A DNA stretch of 64,000 nt. Source: Candidatus Poribacteria bacterium. GTDB lineage: Bacteria; Poribacteria; WGA-4E; PCPOR2b. Under the pieces are notes generated by a model. That model was given only the letters and a program-made list of their open reading frames with translations, had not been told where the DNA came from and ran no database searches. Where the stretch lies: assembly GCA_965116925.1 (NCBI GenBank), contig OZ220744.1, forward strand, positions 5,952,001-6,016,000, given 5' to 3'. Both the position numbers and the translations under genes were made by a program. Position 1 is the stretch's first letter. Every line of letters begins with the position of its first letter. This document shows, one piece after another, positions 1 through 8,796 of this stretch.

Positions 1-1629
1 TTGTAACCTATTCTCCTTCCTCGCTGGTGTCCTCTACGGTGCTTTCAGTCCCCTTTTCATCGGGGCAAGGATTGTAACGTTTCTGATTAAGCGGGTGGTG
101 TGCCCTGTTTTGCCTTTCAGTCCCCTTTTCATCGGGGCAAGGATTGTAACTGTGTAACTTCTGGTCCGAGCGGTGGCATCTCGATCACTCTTTCAGTCCC
201 CTTTTCATCGGGGCAAGGATTGTAACAGTATTAGATCCTATAACAGGTGCTGTGATAATTGCTTTCAGTCCCCTTTTCATCGGGGCAAGGATTGTAACAG
301 AGTTTAGCGAATAGCGTTATTAACCCCAAAGTGCCTTTCAGTCCCCTTTTCATCGGGGCAAGGATTGTAACCTATAAATACCGCCCGCAACATTATATCT
401 ATCACCACCCTTTCAGTCCCCTTTTCATCGGGGCAAGGATTGTAACATAACTTATTCGCAGATAATCAACGATAGATCAGGCTTTCAGTCCCCTTTTCAT
501 CGGGGCAAGGATTGTAACCAGCGAACAGCAGTAGAAACACATCTAACAGGCGGTCTTTCAGTCCCCTTTTCATCGGGGCAAGGATTGTAACTACGGAAGC
601 AAAGAAGTATATCGGCTTGGATGAAGCTTTCAGTCCCCTTTTCATCGGGGCAAGGATTGTAACTGCTTGGACGTAACTTGGACGGGACGGCGGTGGGATC
701 TTTCAGTCCCCTTTTCATCGGGGCAAGGATTGTAACCTTTTGGACGGCAGATGCGACGCTGCCGTACACAAGCTTTCAGTCCCCTTTTCATCGGGGCAAG
801 GATTGTAACCAGCAGGGCGTGTGTTGTATGAGCCATTCGAGTTCTTTCTTTCAGTCCCCTTTTCATCGGGGCAAGGATTGTAACCACCGTGATTAGTCTG
901 AATCCTCTACCGTATCAAACAGCTTTCAGTCCCCTTTTCATCGGGGCAAGGATTGTAACTATCAATATCATGGTGTTTTCTCCCGTCTTGGTATCCTTTC
1001 AGTCCCCTTTTCATCGGGGCAAGGATTGTAACGTCAAATGTTCCGAACATACGCATAGCAGATATTGATCTTTCAGTCCCCTTTTCATCGGGGCAAGGAT
1101 TGTAACTGAGCCGTCCGTCGGGGGACACTACCTGCCTAAGACTGCTTTCAGTCCCCTTTTCATCGGGGCAAGGATTGTAACCAACAATTCGACTTTAGAG
1201 GTGAACGCTCGGAACAGTCTTTCAGTCCCCTTTTCATCGGGGCAAGGATTGTAACATGGGTAGTGGCACGACGGCTGTGGCTGCTAAGGAATTCTTTCAG
1301 TCCCCTTTTCATCGGGGCAAGGATTGTAACACATGAACAGACAAGCGCAGCAGCAGCCACACTCGCATCTTTCAGTCCCCTTTTCATCGGGGCAAGGATT
1401 GTAACCGCTCCGATGGATACAGGATACGGGCAGAGGTGGACTTTCAGTCCCCTTTTCATCGGGGCAAGGATTGTAACACGGGCGGGCTGTGGATTGGGCT
1501 AAATGACCTGTGGGCATCTTTCAGTCCCCTTTTCATCGGGGCAAGGATTGTAACATAATATGTATTACAAAGGCAAAGCACTAAAACGTAGGCTTTCAGT
1601 CCCCTTTTCATCGGGGCAAGGATTGTAAC
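1..1629 (-). CRISPR. CRISPR array, 37-bp repeat GTTACAATCCTTGCCCCGATGAAAAGGGGACTGAAAG (transcribed orientation), 22 complete repeats plus 1 partial at the window edge, 22 spacers of 34-40 bp
   Basis: Identical + strand copies CTTTCAGTCCCCTTTTCATCGGGGCAAGGATTGTAAC start at 42,114,190,262,335,410,482,555,627,700,773,848,923,996,1070,1145,1219,1294,1369,1441,1518,1593. CCCC/GGGG stem with an 8-nt 3' handle ending GAAAG. AT-rich leader on the right implies minus-strand transcription. Confidence 0.99.
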
Positions 1630-1870
1630 CGACTATGGGCAGCACTCATAAATCGCTCCAAAATATAGAAAATATCTATGTTTTTGAAGCATTCTCTGTA
1701 TCATGGCATGAAACGCCTCTGTGTTCAAGAAAAAAGTGTATATCTTCAGCGTGTCTTGTGTTCATCAGTATCGGTGGGATTCGGATCGTTATTTTCGCAA
1801 ATCCCCGTTGTCAGTGTCATGCTATCTGTTTGGCTATGGAGACCAGAGACAGTCAGTCGCAAATCGATCT
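1630..1870 (-). promoter_or_regulatory. CRISPR leader
   Basis: AT-rich non-coding stretch between the last repeat and cas4, with TCGCAAAT motifs at 1795 and 1857. Boundary approximate. Confidence 0.75.
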
Positions 1871-2030
1871 TCCTACAGATTTGGGTAGGTACAAGACCTA
1901 CCCCTACAGTCTTCGTTTTGATTAAGACGGTGTAAACTCTGCTTTGAGTAGGCACAAAGCCTGACCCTACAGTATCTTCTTTTTCGCAAATTGCCCCGTC
2001 TTTTCCGCAGAAACTTGGTTTGCGAAATTC

Positions 2031-2603
2031 TCATAATACATCGGCACAGAATCGACGAAATTCACACTCGACGCATTTGCCGCGCTGTGGTGTCGGTGGA
2101 GGCATCCACTCCTCTGATAGCATACGCCGTATCTGTTTGATAGCGTCGAGAGTCCTGCGCCTAAGTGTCTCTGAAATCGGAACTGGTGTGATGCGCCCTG
2201 TAGGGATCCGATAGATGAACCCTTGAGACACCGATTGACCGAGACACTCCTCCACCATCAGCGCGTAGGCTGTCAACTGATACTTCGCGTTCAGATTCAA
2301 CCGTTGGGTCGTGTCCTTAAACTCGACTGGAAACGCGCCATCTTCGGTCTCAATAAGCAGGTCGAGCACACCGCTCAGTCCGAGGGACTCGGCGTATAGT
2401 GAGATGTGGAACTGACGGCTACCAGCCTCCAGTCCGTAGCGGGAGAGGGTTCGCCGTCGCTCTAAGACGCTTAGGATTTCGTGTTGGACCGCGCCGATTT
2501 GCATCGGGTGCGTCGTTGGGCGGGTCACGGGGGTGTAGTAGGTGTGGTAGACCACCCGTGGACAGTAGAAGTATTGTTTGATGTCGCTGACCCGTATGTT
2601 CAT
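2031..2603 (-). CDS. cas4: CRISPR-associated exonuclease Cas4
   Basis: N-terminal YCPR, GxxD..ExK RecB motifs, QLxxY and C-terminal CxxCxxxxxC Fe-S ligands. ATGA overlap with cas2. Confidence 0.95.
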   Translation of the reverse strand: MNIRVSDIKQYFYCPRVVYHTYYTPVTRPTTHPMQIGAVQHEILSVLERRRTLSRYGLEAGSRQFHISLYAESLGLSGVLDLLIETEDGAFPVEFKDTTQRLNLNAKYQLTAYALMVEECLGQSVSQGFIYRIPTGRITPVPISETLRRRTLDAIKQIRRMLSEEWMPPPTPQRGKCVECEFRRFCADVL

Positions 2604-2851
2604 TTTCCATTCTCCTCAATGACGGTTCGTTTGTCGTAGTCTTTTGCACACACGCTAAGGATCTCGATCTTCCCTTCCGCTTTGCCGAGTTGTTCGGTCA
2701 GTTTCTCCTCCAATGCGCGCCGCCGGGTTGTGTTGATGTCACCGAGGAATGCGCTGTACTGGATGCGTTTTAAGCCGTAGTCGAGGCAGACATCGGCAAT
2801 CTTTTTGCGGATGCGGTCTTTCACGATGTCGTAGATGACGTAGGTGTGCAT
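2600..2851 (-). CDS. cas2: CRISPR-associated endonuclease Cas2
   Basis: 83 aa with YVIYDI start and RIQYSAF motif. Confidence 0.95.
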   Translation of the reverse strand: MHTYVIYDIVKDRIRKKIADVCLDYGLKRIQYSAFLGDINTTRRRALEEKLTEQLGKAEGKIEILSVCAKDYDKRTVIEENGK

Positions 2852-2858
2852 GAATTAT

Positions 2859-2892
2859 AGAAACCGAGTTTTTTCTTGAAAACTCGGTTTCT
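2859..2892. repeat. REP family A palindrome AGAAACCGAGTTTT-N6-AAAACTCGGTTTCT
   Basis: 14-bp inverted arms. Further copies at 3481-3514, 3646-3679 (degenerate), 8755-8787, 13243 (half), 14681-14714, 16335-16368, 28721-28754, 63086-63119 and 63994-edge. Confidence 0.9.
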
Positions 2893-2899
2893 CTGTCCC

Positions 2900-3466
2900 C
2901 TAATCTAACATCAAGTGCTCTATAAACTCCCTATTGGTCTCAGAATACGCACAGACGAATTTAGTATAAGCTTGGCGCGAAGGAAGTTGAGACAGTACGA
3001 TATCAGGTTTGGATAAAGTTCCGTTACGCAAACCGATGTAGTCCTGATAGCTAGAAAATGTCCAACTTTCTGGATTACTGGCTATCCCCGCCAATACTGG
3101 ATTTAGGTGAATATAGCGTGAAAGATGTAGAAGATATTCGTTTTTGTCTACTAACTTTGCCTTAAAGACACCTTGGAAAACTGGTCCCACGCGGTCTTGT
3201 TGCCGATTCACAGCTTTGGTGTAGGATACGGTGAATGGTTGCATAATTTTCGTGCTCAGGTTGTCATCTTTCAGGTAAGCGAGAATGTGGTAATGATTCG
3301 GCATAAGACAATAGGCGACAATTTCAATTAAATCAGGAAGGCAGTAGTGGCGTAAGCGTTTTATAAAGTATCCCCAGTTTTCCTTATCAAAGAAGATGGG
3401 TTGACGGTTTACGCCGCGGTTGTATAAATGGTAATAATGTCCTGCTCTAAATTGAACGTCTCGCAT
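2900..3466 (-). mobile_element. REP-associated tyrosine transposase (RAYT / Y1_Tnp, IS200-like HUH)
   Basis: YHxxNRG, YCLMPNHYH (HUH), RYIHLNP (catalytic Tyr) and WxxSSY motifs. Flanked on both sides by REP family A palindromes. Confidence 0.92.
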
Positions 3467-3480
3467 CTATGGTGTCTCCC

Positions 3481-3679
3481 AGAAACCGAGTTTTTTCTTC
3501 AAAACTCGGTTTCTATCGGTTTCTAAATGTGTTGTACCTTAAATCGGTAATTTGGTATCTATGGTGCGTCCGAGAAACTGCTCGCCTGCAACCTTCCACA
3601 CACGCTCCCATGAAAATTGGGAGTTTCGTATCTATGACGTGTCCAAGAAACTAAGTTTTGAAGAAAAAACTGAGTTTCT
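3481..3679. repeat. REP family A cluster upstream of RAYT
   Basis: Palindromes at 3481-3514 and 3646-3679. Three ATCTATG-N7-8-AGAAAC-type units near 3466, 3558 and 3630. Confidence 0.8.
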
Positions 3680-3686
3680 AAACTTT

Positions 3687-4796
3687 TTACCATGTGGCGG
3701 TGAAGGGGTGATAGTCTCGTTCGCGGCGTAGGTGCATGGCGAGGTGACGCGCTTGGAGCTGGATGATGTTGCAGAGTTTTTGCGCTTTTCGCTCGAATCG
3801 TTCGGTTTCTTGAAGTCTCGCCAGTACGCGATCGGCAAGGGCGCGTCGGGTCGCTTGGCTGAGGCGGCGTTGTGTTGGGGTTTCGGTCTCCGCATCGGGT
3901 TTCGAGGATTGGTGCACGGCTTTGGCGGCGTCGCTGTCGGGGTCTTCCCACTCGACTTTGAATCGTTTGTTGATCATCGCGAACACGACCCGATCCACGA
4001 CGGGTTGGCGGAACTCTTCGATGAAGTCTAGCACCAGTGAGGGTTTGCCGGGGCGATCGACGTGCAGGAATCCGGCAAACGGTTCTAGCCCTGCCAGTGT
4101 GAGCGCGCTCCAGACTTGTGAGTAGAGTATGCCGTAGCCGTAGTTGAGCAGTGCGTTCACGTCGTCGGTTGCGCCTTGATGGTTGCGAGTGGTGAAGCGT
4201 CCGGCGGGCAGCAGGCGTTGGACGCATTCCCAGTAGAGGGCACCGGCGCGTCCTTCAAGGTTCAGTAGTGTGCTACGTGCATTGTCGATTGGCGGTTCGC
4301 TGACTGCAGCAACGGTTGGGGATTGAACGTCCTGGATTTCGTCAATCAGTCCTTCGATCTTTGTGAGTCGTTCCATCAGTTCGGCGTATTTTTTGGGTGC
4401 CTGTTTTTTGCGGTATTTGCCGAAGTAGCGAACGAGGTTGATCTGGTTCTTCAGCTTGCCAGTAGCAAACTGTTTGGCGATCTCTAGGCCGCGCTCGTCG
4501 TGGTAGGCGGCGAGTTGTTCGCGCCTTGAGATCACGGTCGCTGTCAGGGACGGGCTGTTGAGTTTCGCATACGGTTTGCCGTTGAAGCTGAGGAATGCGA
4601 TTTCGATGCCGCGCTCGGTACAGGCTTCAATGAGATCTGAGGACATGCTGACGCCACGTGAGGTGATGACGATTTGATCGAGGTCCATCAGGGGGTGTTC
4701 CTCTTTTTCGCGGTCTTTGTCTCGGTATCGGACGCTGACGCGCTCGGAGCGTTTGCCGAGGTATGTGCCGTAGTCGGAGATGATGAGTTGTTCCAT
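3687..4796 (-). CDS. cas1: CRISPR-associated endonuclease Cas1
   Basis: EGxAxxxYW, NALLNYGY, GFLH and DFIEEFR motifs. Start set at ATG 4796 (MEQLIIS) behind a GAAAGGA RBS. Confidence 0.96.
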   Translation of the reverse strand: MEQLIISDYGTYLGKRSERVSVRYRDKDREKEEHPLMDLDQIVITSRGVSMSSDLIEACTERGIEIAFLSFNGKPYAKLNSPSLTATVISRREQLAAYHDERGLEIAKQFATGKLKNQINLVRYFGKYRKKQAPKKYAELMERLTKIEGLIDEIQDVQSPTVAAVSEPPIDNARSTLLNLEGRAGALYWECVQRLLPAGRFTTRNHQGATDDVNALLNYGYGILYSQVWSALTLAGLEPFAGFLHVDRPGKPSLVLDFIEEFRQPVVDRVVFAMINKRFKVEWEDPDSDAAKAVHQSSKPDAETETPTQRRLSQATRRALADRVLARLQETERFERKAQKLCNIIQLQARHLAMHLRRERDYHPFTATW

Positions 4797-4863
4797 TTTT
4801 CTGTTTCCTTTCGATCCGCTGCTTGCGTCGGTCTTGAATTTCGGGTACACTTTAATAACCTAA

Positions 4864-5018
4864 TAGGACTTACGCAGTTGATATAAATATCGCCGCTGCC
4901 TTCGTGGCGCGGTGCCTGCTCTTGAAGAAATTGGGGGTTCCCAGTCTGCAATAGTGGGTACAGGTTGCCTAACCTGTACGGGGTGTGCGATGTTTGCCAG
5001 CGAAGTGCGTAACTCCTA
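4864..5018. mobile_element. MITE-like element with ends TAGGACTTACGCA / TGCGTAACTCCTA
   Basis: 13-bp near-perfect terminal inverted repeats with TA at both outer ends. Non-coding. Confidence 0.6.
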
Positions 5019-5263
5019 CCTAAGTTGCTATTCGTTGAAAGTCCACCGTTTTTTATCAGGGCAGAACCTCCCCGACCATCTGGTAGGTCCTTTGTCTTTC
5101 GCTCCAGAGGAGCGATATGTCTATAGAACCACAATAGGGTGGATACCCGCGCTCCAGAGGAGCGCAATGTGTATAGCCAGGGCCAAGCTGCCGATAAATT
5201 GAAGTCCTAAGAACGGATTGGCGAAGTCGGAGCCGAGCGGGTTTTATAACTAGCAACTTGCGT
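5018..5263. mobile_element. MITE-like element with ends ACCTAAGTTGCTA / TAGCAACTTGCGT, carrying GCTCCAGAGGAGC hairpins
   Basis: Inverted ends match those at 39455-39753. Solitary ends near 12180, 35283, 46213 and 50358. Confidence 0.55.
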
Positions 5264-5321
5264 TTTAACAAGGAACGCAGATCTGCGTTCCCTACCCCCG
5301 GTTGTAAGCGATTATGGGAGA

Positions 5322-5621
5322 TTGACTCAGGTGGTTCTTATGTGCCAACGTTGCAATACCTACAAATATCTTGAGCCCCGCCCAAAGAACTGGCGAAACC
5401 AGCTCTGGATTAAGGGCAGAAATATGACGGTTTGGCATCTGATCGCTGCGATGCGTACTGAACATGAGACGCTTGAACAAACCGCTGAAAACTTTGGTTT
5501 GCCGCTGGAGGCTGTCGTCGAAGCGATGCACTACTATGCACTTCACAAGGATATTGTCGAAGCGGATGTTGAAGCGGAGAAGCAGATCCTCGTTGAAGAA
5601 TTCAGAGTTGCCTATTGTTAG
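5322..5621 (+). CDS. DUF433-like (VapB45-type) HTH antitoxin, orphan
   Basis: IKGRNMTVW...AENFGLPLEAVVEAMHYY pattern of DUF433. No PIN toxin follows, and cas3 converges on it. Confidence 0.7.
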   Translation: MTQVVLMCQRCNTYKYLEPRPKNWRNQLWIKGRNMTVWHLIAAMRTEHETLEQTAENFGLPLEAVVEAMHYYALHKDIVEADVEAEKQILVEEFRVAYC

Positions 5622-5664
5622 CGAAAATTAACTCCTTAGCCAGTCCCTTTAACAATGGTGGATA

Positions 5665-8022
5665 TTAATCAAATGTCAATCCCACCTCCGAGTTATATTT
5701 GGCGGTAACGCGATAAGGTTCTCGTCCATTTCTCAGAATTTGGTCACTGTTTTTGAGTGCGTGAAACCTTCCCCAACTGATTGGGACTAACAGTTCTCCG
5801 GCGCGAATTGGTTCTTCCTCGTTCAGAGTTTTGTATTCATTATAGAGAGAAGCCGGTAGGACCTCAAGTCCATCAAACGCCCTGTAAAATGCTTCCTCAA
5901 GTCCCTCGTCTGCTGCAAAAGGACGCATTGGTCGTATGCACATTCTATCAAAGTTTGCGGCGGCGTTTTCGTATTTCTCCCGCCAACGAACTTCAACTTC
6001 GCCACTGTAGATTTCATCCAACCAAGCACCGATACTGCCCTCATCAATTGGCTGTTCATGTTCGCGTTCAAGAATAGAAAGGGTGCGTTGTACCAGTTCG
6101 GGATCATAAATCTTTTGTCCATCGTCAGGTTGACGAAAGACATGAACAGGCGCGAGACCTTTCTGTAGTCTACGACGGTTGATACGACCAAAACGTTGTA
6201 CTAGTGCCTCCAGCGGTGCCGGCTCTGTGTAGATTGTATCCAAATCAATATCAAGACTGACCTCAACCGCCTGTGTTGCAACGAGGACAATAGGTTGACG
6301 TTTCTCGCTCGTTGCTCCCGTTGCATCCCGAATCAGTTTTTCTTTCGCAGAACGGTCACGCATATTGAAACGACCGTGTAAAAGTTCCGTTCGGATATTC
6401 ACCTGATTCAGTTGGTCACTAATTTGGTTATATGCTTCTTGTGTGCGATCAACGAGATTGCACACAACCAACACCGATTTTCCCGCCTCTGCGTCGTTGA
6501 CCACATTTGACAACCCGGAATCAGTCAATAATTCGCCGTCGTGCAGCATCAGTCGATGACGGATAAATTCTTGGAACAACGCTGAATCAGCTTCAATTTT
6601 AGCTGGGGTGTCTAAGGCTTCAGATAACCAACCTTGAATCAGCGTTGGGAAGGTTGCTGACATGATGAAGAAACGGGCGTTGAAATTCACTCTCAGGTAC
6701 TCGATGGTTTTGAGGATCATCGCCAATCGCGTGACTTCGTAGGCGTGAATCTCGTCAAATATAAACGCCGCATTATGATAATCGGTGAGCAACGCCTCGT
6801 AACCTTTGAGGCGATACATCCCTTTAAGCATTTGATACGGACTAAATACACGGACCGGCGGATAATTAAGCCGTGATAGATTCCGCGCCCATGTTGCGGT
6901 ACGAGCTGCTGCTCTTGGATGATAATCTCTTTCTAAGAGAGCCCGATAAAGTGCTAGCAGACCACGGCCATGTTGCAAACCAACGTGTGGGAAGATTTCT
7001 TCTAGGCGACCTTGCATTGCATTCATACTGGCTTGATAGGGGAGTGTATAAAAGAGTCGAGGCAATCCACCGACACTTGATGACTGGCGTGCTGCCCACA
7101 GTAGAGCGGCTTCTGTTTTCCCACTACCGGTTGGTGCTACTAAGAGTGCTGAACCATCAACTGTTTCGGCTAGTGATTGGTGTCCAAAGAGACTTTCCGT
7201 CGATAGGTTACGGCTTGTTAAAATCGTATCTGCGTCAAACTCGGCAACCGGTATCGGTCCAGCGTGAGCGGAGGCACTGTGGTCTGCATTGATGATATAG
7301 CCGCGAACAGTGATTCCTAGCACGATTGCATCAAGTGTGCCTCTCCTCTCTAAATTTCGGTTGAGTGTCCGGTAAACCTTCAGCCAGTGCCGGGTTCGTT
7401 CAACGCCGTATTGTTGGACAGCTTCAATCGCGATATGCTTCTCTTGCAGCTGAGGCGTTGAGATGCCAAAATTTGCTAACCCAAGTTCATCCCGCCACGC
7501 GATACCACATTCTGACAACCAACGCCACAATCCGCCCAAGGTTTTCTCTGAGAGGGAGGCAAGTTGAGGTCTCAAAGGGTCATCGTCCTCCCAATCAGGG
7601 ATAGGGTAAATTCGCTGAATTTCCTCGAAATCTCGATGGTGTGAGACAATGCTGGCAACAAGCCATCGCTGCTCTTCCGTTGACAGATCATCAATCACCC
7701 AATCCACAAACGCAAGCGAAAACACTTCGTGACGGTGCCCCCATCCTCCCCCATTACAACGGAGTTGCATTTGAAAGCCTGCTATTGCCTTGCCAAAATC
7801 GTGAAGGAATGCTGACCAGAAAAGGATGTGCCATAAACGTGGTACGTTGAGTTGCGTTGGAAGATTGGGGCGTAATTGGATGAATTCTGCCAATCGTGAT
7901 AACACATACCATGTGTGCTGGGCTAATGTTTCCGGTTGACCGCCTTCACCCAATTCCGCACTTTTTGCCCACACATTGTTTAACCAATCGGGATATGGGA
8001 CGTTTTCAATTGAAGGTTGCAT
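5665..8022 (-). CDS. cas3: Cas3 HD nuclease-helicase
   Basis: HD motif LHDFGK, Walker A APTGSGKT, DEIH, SAT and QRFGRINR. Start set at ATG 8022 with a GGGAG RBS. Confidence 0.97.
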   Translation of the reverse strand: MQPSIENVPYPDWLNNVWAKSAELGEGGQPETLAQHTWYVLSRLAEFIQLRPNLPTQLNVPRLWHILFWSAFLHDFGKAIAGFQMQLRCNGGGWGHRHEVFSLAFVDWVIDDLSTEEQRWLVASIVSHHRDFEEIQRIYPIPDWEDDDPLRPQLASLSEKTLGGLWRWLSECGIAWRDELGLANFGISTPQLQEKHIAIEAVQQYGVERTRHWLKVYRTLNRNLERRGTLDAIVLGITVRGYIINADHSASAHAGPIPVAEFDADTILTSRNLSTESLFGHQSLAETVDGSALLVAPTGSGKTEAALLWAARQSSSVGGLPRLFYTLPYQASMNAMQGRLEEIFPHVGLQHGRGLLALYRALLERDYHPRAAARTATWARNLSRLNYPPVRVFSPYQMLKGMYRLKGYEALLTDYHNAAFIFDEIHAYEVTRLAMILKTIEYLRVNFNARFFIMSATFPTLIQGWLSEALDTPAKIEADSALFQEFIRHRLMLHDGELLTDSGLSNVVNDAEAGKSVLVVCNLVDRTQEAYNQISDQLNQVNIRTELLHGRFNMRDRSAKEKLIRDATGATSEKRQPIVLVATQAVEVSLDIDLDTIYTEPAPLEALVQRFGRINRRRLQKGLAPVHVFRQPDDGQKIYDPELVQRTLSILEREHEQPIDEGSIGAWLDEIYSGEVEVRWREKYENAAANFDRMCIRPMRPFAADEGLEEAFYRAFDGLEVLPASLYNEYKTLNEEEPIRAGELLVPISWGRFHALKNSDQILRNGREPYRVTAKYNSEVGLTFD

Positions 8023-8731
8023 CGTTATCTCCCACAAAGCTATGGAAAACCAAACCGAGATAGTTGCCTTGATATTCAGGCGTTGAAAGGTCAATCCAAT
8101 ATTTGCCCTTCCCATTTGAAAGGGAAACTCGATCGGTGAGTACCGTGTACTGTGAAAATGTTGGACGTCGGTTTTGACTGTAATCCAAATAGCGAGGCAT
8201 TAGAACCGATACACCGCGCCCAATTCGGGGCCCCATCTCATGCGGCATAATCGTATGTTCAAAGTAGGCAGCCTCGTTCTGCTGCAATTCAATAACGTTG
8301 ACTGCTGTGTAGGTGAACAGGTCCTGCGATCTGCCCAACGAAACCGCATAGCGCGGACTTCGGAATGCTGACTCCCATTCCGGACGGTTGATGTAGAGCG
8401 TGAGACGCGGCTGAAAGATTAACTCCCGTTCAAAGGGATTCACCCTGCCCTCAAGTGCGTTAGGAATTTGAGTGCCCGGCAACTTGCTACGGCTAGAACT
8501 GGATGGCGTCAATACAATGATGTGTTCAATATCCCGAACGTGCCCTTGATGGGTGAAATGGTAAGCGAATTGAACCCCACTTGGATCGAACCATTCCCCC
8601 AACGCACTACAGATATGCCCGTAAATGGTTGCCGGGGGCGGCATCTGAAAGCTGGGGTGAATCTGTTGCATAAAGTGAGGATAGCGGAAAGAAGTGGTAA
8701 GTCCTTCCGCAACGACTTTGAGGACTTTCAT
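8006..8731 (-). CDS. cas5: Type I-B Cas5
   Basis: TSFRYP, PPPATIYG and LGRSQDL motifs. Start ATG 8731 behind GGGAGG. Confidence 0.93.
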   Translation of the reverse strand: MKVLKVVAEGLTTSFRYPHFMQQIHPSFQMPPPATIYGHICSALGEWFDPSGVQFAYHFTHQGHVRDIEHIIVLTPSSSSRSKLPGTQIPNALEGRVNPFERELIFQPRLTLYINRPEWESAFRSPRYAVSLGRSQDLFTYTAVNVIELQQNEAAYFEHTIMPHEMGPRIGRGVSVLMPRYLDYSQNRRPTFSQYTVLTDRVSLSNGKGKYWIDLSTPEYQGNYLGLVFHSFVGDNDATFN

Positions 8732-8796
8732 AGAGACCTCCCAATTTAAGGATGAGAAACCGAGCTTTTCCAAAAAACTCGGTTTCTTCTCCGTTA

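Noticed and set aside
737..772. Spacer with an internal hairpin (ACGGCAG...CTGCCGT)
   Set aside because: A single spacer, with no match to the REP families or other sequence seen in the window.
497..1517. Short ORFs with recurring MKRGLK / YNPCPDEKGTE peptides
   Set aside because: They are translations of the CRISPR repeat, not genes.
1..1629. Self-targeting spacers
   Set aside because: No spacer match noticed elsewhere in the window by eye. An exhaustive alignment was not possible, so nothing is claimed.
5637..5664. CAGTCCCTTT similarity to the repeat just after the cas3 stop
   Set aside because: Short match with no convincing stem.
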